The position numbers and the translations under genes are program-made. A stretch of 64,000 nucleotides of DNA from Polaromonas sp. (GTDB taxonomy: Bacteria > Pseudomonadota > Gammaproteobacteria > Burkholderiales > Burkholderiaceae_C), in contig JANOWR010000093.1 in NCBI GenBank assembly GCA_031417995.1, positions 1,447 to 65,446 on the forward strand, read 5' to 3'. The notes below the pieces were generated by a model. The model saw nothing but the letters and a program-made list of their open reading frames with translations, ran no database searches and had not been told where the DNA came from. How positions within the stretch are numbered: position 1 is the stretch's first letter; each line of letters starts with the position of its first letter. Below, in pieces: positions 40,492 to 49,723 of this stretch.

Positions 40492-41307
40492 ATGAAAGTT
40501 TTACTGTCATTGTTTGCTTTTTTAATTTGCAACGGTGCTGCTGCCGTTGATCTTTTTGATGGCGCTCAGCCTCGTCCCTTCTCATTGGCCGATCGATTAG
40601 CGAGCGATGTAACGATTGGCGGATATCCGATTTGGCAGGCCGAGGGAAAGTGGCGAATAGCTAACATTTCTCAATATAGTTCCGGCGGATCAGCTATGCC
40701 TGTACCGCTCGGCGTTTTAGACGTTTTTCAGACTGACGAAAAAAAGTTTGTTGCAGTCATGCGGGTTACTGCAAATTTGGCACAAGCCACTGCCGGAGAC
40801 TGGACTGATTCGCCATGTAAACGTGACGACATGCTGTTCAAAGCCACCATTGGTGGCTCATTCGCCAATGTCAACTGCGTCACTATCAACCATGTCGCGG
40901 GCTTCCCGGGAAACCCAAGCGGCAAGGCTGCTGAGCTATTTTCCCTTTTCAAGGAGCAAGGTGTCGAAGTGCCTCCTACAGTAATCCAAGTAGCTTTCAC
41001 GCGATATACGAATAATTTGAGGAGGCTACAGGTATTGTTATATGTCAATCCCGAACTGGCGGGCTTCGCTCGCGATAGTGAACCCCTGTGGGGACGTAAT
41101 TCTTGGCACAAATCTCAATCTGCAAGCGATGCAGATAAAAGACGATTTATTGGAACTTTAAGCGAATGGGCATTGCGCTTTGGCAAGCAAATGGACTTTG
41201 CATTTGACAAAAAGGCTGACGCATTTACTGGTGTGGAATCATGGCGCAGTGTTTACGCAGTGAAGCAACAAGCTATCCCAGTAGCAACACGCATTTCGCT
41301 GGATTGA
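40492..41307 (+). CDS. Hypothetical exported protein
   Basis: AGGAGG RBS, signal-peptide-like MKVLLSLFAFLICNGAAA, no family recognised. Confidence 0.7.
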   Translation: MKVLLSLFAFLICNGAAAVDLFDGAQPRPFSLADRLASDVTIGGYPIWQAEGKWRIANISQYSSGGSAMPVPLGVLDVFQTDEKKFVAVMRVTANLAQATAGDWTDSPCKRDDMLFKATIGGSFANVNCVTINHVAGFPGNPSGKAAELFSLFKEQGVEVPPTVIQVAFTRYTNNLRRLQVLLYVNPELAGFARDSEPLWGRNSWHKSQSASDADKRRFIGTLSEWALRFGKQMDFAFDKKADAFTGVESWRSVYAVKQQAIPVATRISLD

Positions 41308-41351
41308 TTCTTCGTCCTGCACCACAAACCCACAGCGTAAGAGCGAAACAC

Positions 41352-41407
41352 GGGGTCAGGTCTTGCTAAGCAACGTTTCGCCGACCAATGTCCGTAACTG
41401 CAAGACC
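41352..41407. repeat. GGGGTCAGGTCTTGC...GCAAGACC inverted repeat
   Basis: GGTCTTGC/GCAAGACC arms; a half-site-like TGCACGACCTGAC lies near 40401. Confidence 0.55.
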
Positions 41408-41426
41408 AAGGCGCACCTCCGATTTC

Positions 41427-41635
41427 ACTATCAATAAAGTAGCTGCTTGCGCATGTATCCATTGGCATGTAGCCGCTTTTGACACCCCAAAACGGCTCAA
41501 AAAAGCAGTTTTCAAGCAAACAAACGCTTTTTGAAGCCACTGCAACCCATTTTTAAGCCTCAAGAGGGCATTTTACCCATCAAATCAGCCTGTAAGCCAA
41601 TAAATACGTGCGCTAGAAGCTATGAAATAAATAGC
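41427..41635. repeat. Two dispersed-repeat copies in inverted orientation (41427-41495 +, 41566-41635 -)
   Basis: GTAGCTGCTTGCGCATG on +; minus copy shares TTTTACCCATCAAAT..GCCT...AATAGC with the 15887 copy. Confidence 0.8.
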
Positions 41636-41665
41636 GTTTTGAAGCGGCTCGGGCTACAGCGAGAT

Positions 41666-41695
41666 GTCGGGTTACGCTTCGCTAACCCGACCTAC
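41666..41695 (-). repeat. GTAG-type REP-like hairpin overlapping the ORF6N stop
   Basis: Reverse complement GTAGGTCGGGTTAGCGAAGCGTAACCCGAC; 28/30 identical to 40336 copy. Confidence 0.88.
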
Positions 41696-42287
41696 GGGGC
41701 TTGTCCTCTGGCGTGATGAACCCGATAGAGCGTTTGGGTGGTAGTGGTGGTGCGGCCAGCAGTTCCGCCATCGAATCCACCAATTCAGCGATATGGCGCT
41801 CATGCCGTGACACTTTGCGTTCCAGTGTGTTCACCTTGCCAGCCAGTTCCCGGTTACTGGCCAACATGCCGCGCAGCTCCACAAAAGCGCGCACCACATA
41901 GACGCTCAGCTCGGTGTCGCGTGGACTGTTGAGCAGCGTGGCCGCCATGATCGCCCCATGCTCGGTAAAGGCCATCGGAAGATATTTGCTGTAACGCCCA
42001 CGCCCTGGCTTACCGTCCCCGCCTGCTGCGTCTAAGGTTGCAAATTGCAACCTTAGAGATTTCGCTTCGTCCGCATCGAGCTGGAACATGAAATCTGCGG
42101 GAAACCGCGCCAGGTTACGCCGTACCTGCTGGTTAAACCGCTTGGTCGTCTCACCGTAGAAGGCGGCTAAATCCGCATCGAGCACCACCCGCTGACCCCG
42201 AATCAGATGGATACGCTGCGCGATCTCGCCGATGGACAAAGGCGCAGTGTTTGGGAGTGTTGACGCTGTAGTGCTCATGATGGACAT
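41682..42287 (-). CDS. ORF6N-domain DNA-binding protein
   Basis: IRGQRVVLDADLAAFYG, RFPADFMFQL, AFTEHGAIMAATLLNS, KRSIGF. Confidence 0.9.
   Translation of the reverse strand: MSIMSTTASTLPNTAPLSIGEIAQRIHLIRGQRVVLDADLAAFYGETTKRFNQQVRRNLARFPADFMFQLDADEAKSLRLQFATLDAAGGDGKPGRGRYSKYLPMAFTEHGAIMAATLLNSPRDTELSVYVVRAFVELRGMLASNRELAGKVNTLERKVSRHERHIAELVDSMAELLAAPPLPPKRSIGFITPEDKPRRSG
42031..42057. repeat. Perfect inverted repeat inside second ORF6N gene
   Basis: TCTAAGGTTGCAA-A-TTGCAACCTTAGA. Confidence 0.92.
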
Positions 42288-42377
42288 GATAAAACGGCAA
42301 CTGTGGGACTCATCACTTGCATGTGAGTATTCGGTTAAAAACTTGAAGTGACTTGAACTGCAAAGCTGAAATGTCAG

Positions 42378-42809
42378 TTAATGGGAGCGGCTCAAAAAGG
42401 CAGCAGGACTGACAATTCGCGTACCTTGCCAGGTTTTCAAGCTCAACAGGTTATCGTCACTTGACACCAAAACTCCAGCATCATAGGCCATCGCTAGCGC
42501 CAGAAATTTGCAGTCTTTCAGGTCGCGGCATGCGCCTTCGGCCATTTGTTCGCTTTGCGCATCGGGCGTTAAAAGCGTTGTTTCCTGCTTGTATCTGGCA
42601 AAAAATGCAACGCGCTTGGTTGGGCTGGCATATGCGTCAAATCTGGGTCTGAGCATCACCCGTTCGAGTTCGCCAAGCGTAGCTGGCGACACAAACAAAG
42701 TGTGGCTGCCAAGGGCCGACATAAAGGCCTGACGTGGCACAGACGATGGCCGCAGCACGGCACTGATCAACGTGCTGGTGTCAAAAACTGCGCGATTGAG
42801 CAGGCTCAA
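42378..42809 (-). CDS. PIN-domain toxin
   Basis: VFDTSTLISA, ELERV, CRD.KD.KFL.LA, SSDDNLL. Confidence 0.85.
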   Translation of the reverse strand: MSLLNRAVFDTSTLISAVLRPSSVPRQAFMSALGSHTLFVSPATLGELERVMLRPRFDAYASPTKRVAFFARYKQETTLLTPDAQSEQMAEGACRDLKDCKFLALAMAYDAGVLVSSDDNLLSLKTWQGTRIVSPAAFLSRSH

Positions 42810-42816
42810 AACGCAG

Positions 42817-43104
42817 TTACCTTAGTTCTTTGACCATCCGCACTACATCAGCATCGGTCAACTGCCGGGCTGCTGTGCGCATGTCGCTGGTTTTTGCCGC
42901 TTCTGCCTGCGCAAAAAAAGCTTCAAACCACTGCACCGCCTGCGTGCGCCTGGCTTTGACATCCTGCAAATCCGCCATGTCTTGTGGCGACACGATGAAT
43001 GCCGCTGTACGGCCATGCCGGGTAATGGTGACCGGCTCACGCTGAACCGTATCTAGCAGCTGCCCAAAGCGGTTTTGCGCATCCATAGATGAAACTGTCA
43101 ACAT
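42817..43104 (-). CDS. Phd/YefM antitoxin
   Basis: AQNRFGQLLDTVQREPVTITRHGR. Confidence 0.88.
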   Translation of the reverse strand: MLTVSSMDAQNRFGQLLDTVQREPVTITRHGRTAAFIVSPQDMADLQDVKARRTQAVQWFEAFFAQAEAAKTSDMRTAARQLTDADVVRMVKELR

Positions 43105-43120
43105 GTGTTGCTCCTGTTAA

Positions 43121-43150
43121 AACTAGCTAACCTGTACAGGTTAGACAGTT
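43121..43150. promoter_or_regulatory. Probable autoregulatory operator of the Phd-PIN operon
   Basis: Perfect 18-bp palindrome CTAACCTGTACAGGTTAG (43127-43144) 23 bp upstream of the antitoxin start; TGTACA core as in the E. coli YefM operator. Confidence 0.7.
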
Positions 43151-43172
43151 TATATGCGCTTTTTTTTGTTCT

Positions 43173-43280
43173 TTAAACAAGTTGAAATCGGCTCGAAAAC
43201 TGCATTTTTTGGAGGTGGTCACAACGTGTGACCACCTCTATTTTTCCTACATTGCGTGAGCTTGAGACGAGTAAAATCAT
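43173..43280 (-). pseudogene. Remnant of a third ORF6N-family gene
   Basis: Minus strand reads KIEVVTRCDHLQKMQFS, resembling the ORF6N motif EVV.NCDHL.KLKFS, over palindrome 43212-43238; DF..LKLT upstream in another frame. Confidence 0.55.
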
Positions 43281-43312
43281 GCATCAACCTAGCAAGTAAT
43301 GCTGGAGTTTTT

Positions 43313-43621
43313 ATGGCTAACCAAACCAACCTTACTTCTACCCATTCTTTCAAGCAGCTAGCCAGCAAATACATCTGGTGGAAAACCGCTGATGAGGCCG
43401 TGGCTACGCCTGAGCGCGTGATGGCGCAGGTCATGAACATGGGTGACTATGCAGATGTTCAGACGCTTGTGCATGAAGTGGGCGATGAGGCATTACGTGG
43501 TGTGATTGCACATGCCGAAGCGGGGCAATTCAGCCCTCGCTCCTGGGCTTACTGGCATTACAGACTCGGCCTTGCGTGTGTAGAGCAAGTGCCACCTTTG
43601 CCATCGCGAAAGTTTCAATGA
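43313..43621 (+). CDS. Small helical protein, putative antitoxin partner of the nucleotidyltransferase
   Basis: YIWWK, ERVMAQVMNMGDY; stop overlaps next ATG. Confidence 0.7.
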   Translation: MANQTNLTSTHSFKQLASKYIWWKTADEAVATPERVMAQVMNMGDYADVQTLVHEVGDEALRGVIAHAEAGQFSPRSWAYWHYRLGLACVEQVPPLPSRKFQ

Positions 43622-44304
43622 CCGGTTTTTTCAAACCGCGCCTGGATATTTTGCCGCCAGCACAGCTTCGGCTGTGGCCTGAACTGCGGGCGGCTGCCGG
43701 ATTTGGTTTTGTACTTTATGGCGGCACTGCGATTGCACTGCGACTGGGGCATCGGGTTTCGGTTGATTTTGATTTTTTCTCAGATCAACCGCTTGATCGT
43801 GATGCGCTTAAGGCGGCTTTTCCGTTTTTGGCTCAAGCTACTGTTTTACAGGATCAACCAAACACGTTCACTGTCAGTGTTCCGTACGGCGATGCAGAGC
43901 ACGAGCATGTGAAGGTTTCGTTTTTTGGCACCATAGGCTTCGGGCGGGTTGGCACGCCAGAGCTGACCGACGACGGCGTTTTGCAGGTGGCTTGCCTGGA
44001 CGACCTGATGGCGACCAAGGTCAAAGTGATTCTTCAACGTGCTGAAGCCAAAGACTACCGTGATATTGCGGCCATGGTGAGTGCGGGTGTGAGCTTGTCT
44101 GGCGGGCTGGCCGCTGCCCGGCAGTTGTACGGCGTTAATTTTCAGCCAAGCGAGAGCTTAAAGGCCATGGTCTACTTTGAAGATGGTGACCTTGCGACAC
44201 TCACCCGTATAGAGAAGACTTGCCTGATTCAGGCGGTGAGCAAAGTAGGTGACCTGCCCAGCGTGTCTGTATCAAGCATGCGGCTTGGCCTGAATACCCA
44301 CTAA
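43618..44304 (+). CDS. AbiEii/AbiGii-like nucleotidyltransferase toxin family
   Basis: LYGGTAIAL, HRVSVDFDFF, KVKVILQRAEAKDYRDI. Confidence 0.85.
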   Translation: MTGFFKPRLDILPPAQLRLWPELRAAAGFGFVLYGGTAIALRLGHRVSVDFDFFSDQPLDRDALKAAFPFLAQATVLQDQPNTFTVSVPYGDAEHEHVKVSFFGTIGFGRVGTPELTDDGVLQVACLDDLMATKVKVILQRAEAKDYRDIAAMVSAGVSLSGGLAAARQLYGVNFQPSESLKAMVYFEDGDLATLTRIEKTCLIQAVSKVGDLPSVSVSSMRLGLNTH

Positions 44305-44807
44305 CCCACAGGCCAAGCCAGCTTCCCCCTCGCATCCATGTGTGTCAGGTACACGCGCAAATCAAACTCGTACTGGTGGTACTGGGGTTCCATGTAGGTG
44401 CAGAGCTTGTAGAAGTCCTTGTCGTGGTCTTTTTCCTTGATGTGGGCCAGCTCGTGCACGGTGATCATGCGCAAAAACTCGTCGGGCACTTCCTTGAACA
44501 GTGACGACACGCGGATTTCGCGTTTGGCTTTCAGCTTGTTGCCTTGCACACGGCTGATTTGCGTGTGGGTGCCAAGCGCGTGGGCAATGACTTGCAGGCG
44601 GTTGTCAAAGGCGACTTTTGACAGGGGCTCGGAGCTGCGCAAGAACTCGTTTTTCAGCGCCATCACATAGCCGTACAGCGCCTTGTCGGTTCGCACGCTG
44701 TGAGCGCGCGGGTATTTTTTGAGCAGCATGTCGCCCAGCTTGTCCTGGCTTTGCAGTTGCTGGACTTGCGATTGCAGGTTTTCGGGGTAGGCGCTGAGGT
44801 ATTTCAA
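44301..44807 (-). CDS. M48-family zinc-motif protein (YgjP-like)
   Basis: LKYL..YP N-terminus, VHELAHIKEKDH, FYKLC.YMEP.YHQ; TTG 44807 preferred. Confidence 0.85.
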   Translation of the reverse strand: MKYLSAYPENLQSQVQQLQSQDKLGDMLLKKYPRAHSVRTDKALYGYVMALKNEFLRSSEPLSKVAFDNRLQVIAHALGTHTQISRVQGNKLKAKREIRVSSLFKEVPDEFLRMITVHELAHIKEKDHDKDFYKLCTYMEPQYHQYEFDLRVYLTHMDARGKLAWPVG

Positions 44808-44997
44808 GGGAAACTGTTCTTGTTTTTTTAAAAGCAAATTATTGCAGTTGACTGTAACGGTAGCCATAGCAATGTGCACCTGTCGGTTGTGTTGACCTGA
44901 TTACATTCCGAAAACCATATGTTGCATTGCGCGGCATTCGTCGTACACTAGTTTTGTATACAGAATACATATATATAAATCAAAACTGGAGACAAAA

Positions 44998-46320
44998 ATG
45001 AAATTGAATCAATTTATCGCCACCAAAAGCGCCACGGCACTTTTGCTTTTGGCGATTGCTGGTGGTGCAATAGCGCAGGGTCTGCCGACCGCAACACCCG
45101 AAGCAGTAGGAATGTCTTCAGTCAAGTTGCAGGCCATGAAAGCGGCGCTGCAAACCGAAATTGACCAAGGCAAATTCCCTGGCGTTATCGTCATGATTGC
45201 GCGCAACGGCAAGCTGGTGTTTTCTGAAACGATGGGCCAACTGGACAAAGCCGCTGGCAAGCCACTGACCAAAGATGCCATTTTTCGCATCTACTCAATG
45301 ACCAAGCCGCTGGCATCCGTCGCGGCCATGATGCTGGTTGAAGACGGGAAATTGCAGCTGACCGACCCGATCTCCAAATTTTTGCCCGAATTTACAAAAA
45401 TGGGCGTGAGCGTTGCGCAAACCGATGCGGCGGGCTCCGTGACTTATACGGTTGTTCCGGCCACCAAAGCCATCACGGTCCAGGATTTGCTGCGCCACAC
45501 ATCGGGGCTGGCCTATGGTGAACTCACGCGCAACCCAGTGATCAAGCAGGCTTATATTGATGCGGGTGTTTACCAGGTTGGCGGCACAGACTATGACCAC
45601 CGCAAAGTGACGCCAGCGCAACAAGTCACAGGTATGGCCAAAGCGCCGCTGTCAACGCAGCCAGGCAGCACATTTGAATACAGCATGTCGGTGGACATTT
45701 TGGGCCGGGTGGTTGAAGCCGCCAGTGGCCAAACTTTGGGTGTATTCCTCGATGAGCGCTTGTTCAAGCCACTCAAAATGGTGGATACCGGTTTCAAGAT
45801 TCCCCAGAAGGATTTGAGCCGCATGGCGCAGCCGCTGGCGATTGATCCTGCGACTGGGCAAGCTAACAAATTGATGGATGTGACGATTGAGCCGGGCAAT
45901 GCATCAGGTGGCGCGGGTGGCGTGTCTACCGCTGCTGATTACATGCGCTTTGCAGTGATGATGCAACGCGGCGGTGAACTTGATGGCCGTCGTGTTTTGA
46001 GCCCGACTACCGTCAGCCTGATGACATCAGACCATTTGGGCAGCAAGGTCGCTACCACACCACTGAGCCCTGGCGAGCTGCTGATGGGCGTACCTGGCTA
46101 CACGTTCGGCCTCGGCTTCATGGTCAGGCAAGGCCCGGGAATTGCCGGTGTGCCGGGCTCTGAAGGCGAATACATGTGGGCGGGCGCTGGCGGTACGTTC
46201 TTTTGGGTAGACCCCAAGCAAAACCTGGCGGTGGTCATGATGTCGCAGTCACCTGGCCCTAGCCGTGGTGGGTATCGCCGTCTGATCAAGCAGCTGGTTT
46301 ACGCTGCGATTGAGAAGTAA
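44998..46320 (+). CDS. Serine hydrolase, beta-lactamase class C-like
   Basis: Signal peptide, FRIYSMTK (SxxK), LLRHTSG, FEYS, WAGAGGT. Confidence 0.9.
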   Translation: MKLNQFIATKSATALLLLAIAGGAIAQGLPTATPEAVGMSSVKLQAMKAALQTEIDQGKFPGVIVMIARNGKLVFSETMGQLDKAAGKPLTKDAIFRIYSMTKPLASVAAMMLVEDGKLQLTDPISKFLPEFTKMGVSVAQTDAAGSVTYTVVPATKAITVQDLLRHTSGLAYGELTRNPVIKQAYIDAGVYQVGGTDYDHRKVTPAQQVTGMAKAPLSTQPGSTFEYSMSVDILGRVVEAASGQTLGVFLDERLFKPLKMVDTGFKIPQKDLSRMAQPLAIDPATGQANKLMDVTIEPGNASGGAGGVSTAADYMRFAVMMQRGGELDGRRVLSPTTVSLMTSDHLGSKVATTPLSPGELLMGVPGYTFGLGFMVRQGPGIAGVPGSEGEYMWAGAGGTFFWVDPKQNLAVVMMSQSPGPSRGGYRRLIKQLVYAAIEK

Positions 46321-46413
46321 ACGATCATGCAAACTGGCTGTTGCTGATGGCTTGCAGTAGCGCGGCCAGCAATGCATATGTCAGTTTTAAGGTCTTGCAC
46401 GTGAGTTTTAATC

Positions 46414-46504
46414 GCTATTAAATTAGTAGCTGCTTGCGCCCGAATCTATTGGACTACAAGCTTAAAACAACCCTGAAAAAGACTCAAAACAGCTTTTTTC
46501 AGGG
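46414..46504 (+). repeat. Dispersed repeat copy with terminal hairpin between convergent genes
   Basis: GCTATTAAATTAGTAGCTGCTTGCGCCCGAATCTATTGGACTACAAGC then CCCTGAAAAAG...CTTTTTTCAGGG. Confidence 0.88.
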
Positions 46505-46524
46505 TCTTGGTGCTTCCAATAACT

Positions 46525-48081
46525 CTAAACCTCGCGCCTGAGTGCAGGGAACAAGATCACGTCGCGAATACTGGCGCTGTCGGTCAGGAGCATCATCAGC
46601 CGGTCAATGCCAACGCCGCAGCCACCTGTGGGCGGCATGCCGTATTCAAGAGCGCGCACAAAGTCGTGGTCATAAAACATGGCTTCGTCGTCACCGCTGT
46701 CTTTGGCCGCTACCTGGGCGTTGAAGCGGGCGGCTTGCTCTTGCGCGTCGTTCAGCTCGCTGAAGCCGTTGCCAAACTCGCGGCCAGTGATGTACAGCTC
46801 AAAGCGTTCGGTGACTTCCGGGCGGCTGTCGTTGGCGCGCGCCAGCGGCGATATTTCAGTTGGGTGCTCCATGATGAAGGTGGGTTGCCAGAGCTTTTCT
46901 TCAACCGTTTCTTCAAAATACATGACTTGCAGGCTGGCGAGCGACCGGGTGCTCAGGCGGTCTTTTTGTTCATTAAAGCCGAGCTTTTTCAGCTTGTCAG
47001 TCAGCCACACGGCGTCGTCAACACCTGCATCCACTCCCAAAGCAGCATCGGTGTGTTTCAGAATCGCTTCACGAATCGTCAGGCGCTCAAAAGGCTGGCT
47101 CAAATCGACCGGTTTGTCTGCATAGCTCAAGCTGAGTGACCCGCAAATCTTTTGCGCCGCATCGCGAATCAGCGCCTCGGTAAACGTCATCAGGTCCTGG
47201 TAATTCCACCACGCGGCGTAGAACTCCATCATGGTGAATTCAGGGTTGTGACGAACGCTGATGCCTTCGTTGCGGTAGCTGCGGTTGATCTCAAACACCC
47301 GCTCAAAGCCGCCCACAATCAGCCGCTTCAAATACAGCTCGGGCGCAATGCGCAAAAACATTTCCTGGTCGAGTGCGTTGTGGTGCGTCTTGAAAGGTTT
47401 GGCGTTGGCGCCACCGGGAATAGGGTGCAGCATGGGCGTTTCAACTTCCAGAAACTCATGCGCCACCATGAACTCACGAATACCGCTGACCGCCTTGCTG
47501 CGTGCCATGAAGCGCTTGCGCGCTGATTCATCGGTGATCAGGTCAACATAGCGCTGGCGGTACTTGACCTCCTGGTCGGCCATGCCATGAAACTTGTCGG
47601 GCAGGGGGCGCAGGCTTTTGGTGACGAGGCGGATGGCTGTGGCGTGAATCGACAGCTCGCCGGTTTTGGTTTTGAACAGCGTGCCCGTCGCCCACACAAT
47701 GTCGCCCAGATCCCAATGCTTGAAGGCGTTGTGAACGTCTTCGCCCACGCCTTCGTTGTTGATATAGACCTGAATACGGCCGCCCGATGGCCCAAACGAT
47801 GCGTCTTGCAGCGTGGCAAAACTGGCCTTGCCCATCACGCGCTTGAGCATCATGCGGCCTGCCACGCTGACGGTCACAGCCAGCGGCTCCAGCTCCTCTT
47901 TGGTCTTGCTGTCGTACTGCGCAAACAGCGCTTCGGCACGGTGCTCGGGTTTGATGTCGTTGGGGAAGGCGACCCCTAGAGCACGCAGGGCAGTCAGCTT
48001 GCCCTGCCGCTCGACCATTAGCTGGTTATCGTCTTGGAGGGCGGCAGCTGGTGCGGGGGAAGGCGTCATTGGGGAGGTCAT
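46525..48081 (-). CDS. lysS: Lysyl-tRNA synthetase class II
   Basis: [44 protein letters not shown]. Confidence 0.98.
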   Translation of the reverse strand: MTSPMTPSPAPAAALQDDNQLMVERQGKLTALRALGVAFPNDIKPEHRAEALFAQYDSKTKEELEPLAVTVSVAGRMMLKRVMGKASFATLQDASFGPSGGRIQVYINNEGVGEDVHNAFKHWDLGDIVWATGTLFKTKTGELSIHATAIRLVTKSLRPLPDKFHGMADQEVKYRQRYVDLITDESARKRFMARSKAVSGIREFMVAHEFLEVETPMLHPIPGGANAKPFKTHHNALDQEMFLRIAPELYLKRLIVGGFERVFEINRSYRNEGISVRHNPEFTMMEFYAAWWNYQDLMTFTEALIRDAAQKICGSLSLSYADKPVDLSQPFERLTIREAILKHTDAALGVDAGVDDAVWLTDKLKKLGFNEQKDRLSTRSLASLQVMYFEETVEEKLWQPTFIMEHPTEISPLARANDSRPEVTERFELYITGREFGNGFSELNDAQEQAARFNAQVAAKDSGDDEAMFYDHDFVRALEYGMPPTGGCGVGIDRLMMLLTDSASIRDVILFPALRREV

Positions 48082-48185
48082 GAGGGCGGTCGGTTGTGCA
48101 ATAAACCTCTGATTTTAAGTTTTTACCGCGCTGCCCCGTTCAATCGCTGCCTTTAGTGCTCGTTTAAGCCTTGATAATCCATGCC

Positions 48186-49688
48186 ATGTACTTGCGCGCT
48201 GGCGTTTTTTCACTCGGTTTGCTGCTGCTGAGCCGCGCGTTAGGCCTGCTGCGTGAATCTGCGCAAGCCGCGGCATTTGGCAGCACCGGCATGGGCGATG
48301 CGGTGATTGTGATGTTCACGCTGCCCGACCTGCTGGTGGGCATGCTGGTCAGTGGGGCTTTGTCTTATGTGCTGCTGCCGGTTTGGGCGCAGCAAAGCCC
48401 GGCCGTACAAGCTGCGGGCCAGAAAAAAATAGCTTATGTGCTGGTTGTTGGGGGCTTGGCGCTTGGCGCGCTGGTCTGGCTGTTCAGACACTCAGTGGTG
48501 CAGGCGCTGGCACCGGGGCTTGTTGGCGACATGAAAGCAGCCAGCGCTGATGCACTTGGCTGGAGCGCTGTGGTGCTGCCCCTGGCCATGCTGGCGGCGC
48601 TGTGGGTGACGCGGCTGCAACATGAGCGTGATTTTGTCGGCATGTATGCCGGTAATCTGATGGTTAATCTGGTGCTGGTAGCGGGCCTGTTAGTGGCGGC
48701 TAAAACGGTCACAGATGCTAATGGCGTGCATGTGCTGACCTTGCTTGGCGTTTGCCTGGTGATGGCCATGCTGGCACGACTGGCCTGGCTGGCCTGGCGT
48801 TTGCCTTCGGCTCCTGCGTCTGTTGCCACAACGCAGCCCACCGACTTGCCTGCTGCCAGTGTCTGGCTGTGGGCGGCGCTGTCGTCTGGCTTGCTGCTGG
48901 CGTTCCCGTTGGTGGCGCGCAGTTTGGCATCCAGCTCGGGCGAGGGAGCTTTGGCCAGTTTTAACTACGCCTGGAAATTGATTGAATTGCCGCTGGTGCT
49001 GGCGGTGCAGCTGGTGGCCAGTCTGGCTTTTCCGGCAATTACCCGTACCCAGGCAGGTACGCCAGAGCGGCAACAGGCTGTCAGCTTGGCGTTTTTGATT
49101 GCCTGGGCTTTGGCCTGCGCCGCTGTGGCGGTTGTGGCCTCGTTTTCGCTGCCCATCGCCAACCTGCTGTTTGGCTGGGGCCGCATGAGCGCAGCTAATC
49201 TGGCGGTGATTGCGCAGTGGAGCGCCATTGGTATCTGGTCGCTCCTGCCGCAGGCGCTGATGGCCGTACTGCTGACTGTGATGGCCACTCATGGGCGCAT
49301 GCATGCGGCGGTTTGGGTCTATGCGGTGGGGCTGACCCTATTGCTGTTGGCTGGCTGGCTGGGTGGCTTTCATGGCCAAAGTGTGGGTGCAAGCGTGATG
49401 AGGCTGCTGAATGCGGTGTTTGCCGGCATGGCTGTGGTGCTGATGGTGCTTGAACGCGGCAGTATCAAGCGGGCCTTTCCTTATCTGGCATGCTTGGCAC
49501 CGTTACTTACCAGCGCAGCGCTGATTTTGCTCAAGCCCTGGTTTGCGGGCTTGAACGTGGCCTTGACGCTTGTTTGCTGCGCAGTCTATGGCCTGCTGGT
49601 GACGGGCAGCGCTGTGCTGGCAAGCCCTGTGCTGCGCGGCTTGCTGCATGAAAAATTCAATCGAAAATCTCTTCCAGCCTTGTCATAA
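48186..49688 (+). CDS. Divergent MurJ/MviN-like flippase
   Basis: LSRALGLLRE..QAAAFG, F.LPDLL, L.ELPL; many TM helices. Confidence 0.75.
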   Translation: MYLRAGVFSLGLLLLSRALGLLRESAQAAAFGSTGMGDAVIVMFTLPDLLVGMLVSGALSYVLLPVWAQQSPAVQAAGQKKIAYVLVVGGLALGALVWLFRHSVVQALAPGLVGDMKAASADALGWSAVVLPLAMLAALWVTRLQHERDFVGMYAGNLMVNLVLVAGLLVAAKTVTDANGVHVLTLLGVCLVMAMLARLAWLAWRLPSAPASVATTQPTDLPAASVWLWAALSSGLLLAFPLVARSLASSSGEGALASFNYAWKLIELPLVLAVQLVASLAFPAITRTQAGTPERQQAVSLAFLIAWALACAAVAVVASFSLPIANLLFGWGRMSAANLAVIAQWSAIGIWSLLPQALMAVLLTVMATHGRMHAAVWVYAVGLTLLLLAGWLGGFHGQSVGASVMRLLNAVFAGMAVVLMVLERGSIKRAFPYLACLAPLLTSAALILLKPWFAGLNVALTLVCCAVYGLLVTGSAVLASPVLRGLLHEKFNRKSLPALS

Positions 49689-49723
49689 AACCATGTCCGA
49701 AATTACTCATTTTCTTTTTCACC

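Noticed and set aside
43351-43360. CAAGCAGCTA as another dispersed-repeat copy
   Set aside because: Only 10 nt match; the flanks do not align.
40336-44304. Integron cassette array
   Set aside because: No integrase, and I could not identify paired RYYYAAC/GTTRRRY attC ends; genes face both directions.
44953-44963. TTGTATACAG GntR-like operator upstream of the serine hydrolase
   Set aside because: Short imperfect palindrome in AT-rich DNA with no regulator nearby; insufficient support.
19851-46504. Repeats as a CRISPR array
   Set aside because: Copies are kilobases apart, in mixed orientation, with no regular spacers and no cas genes.
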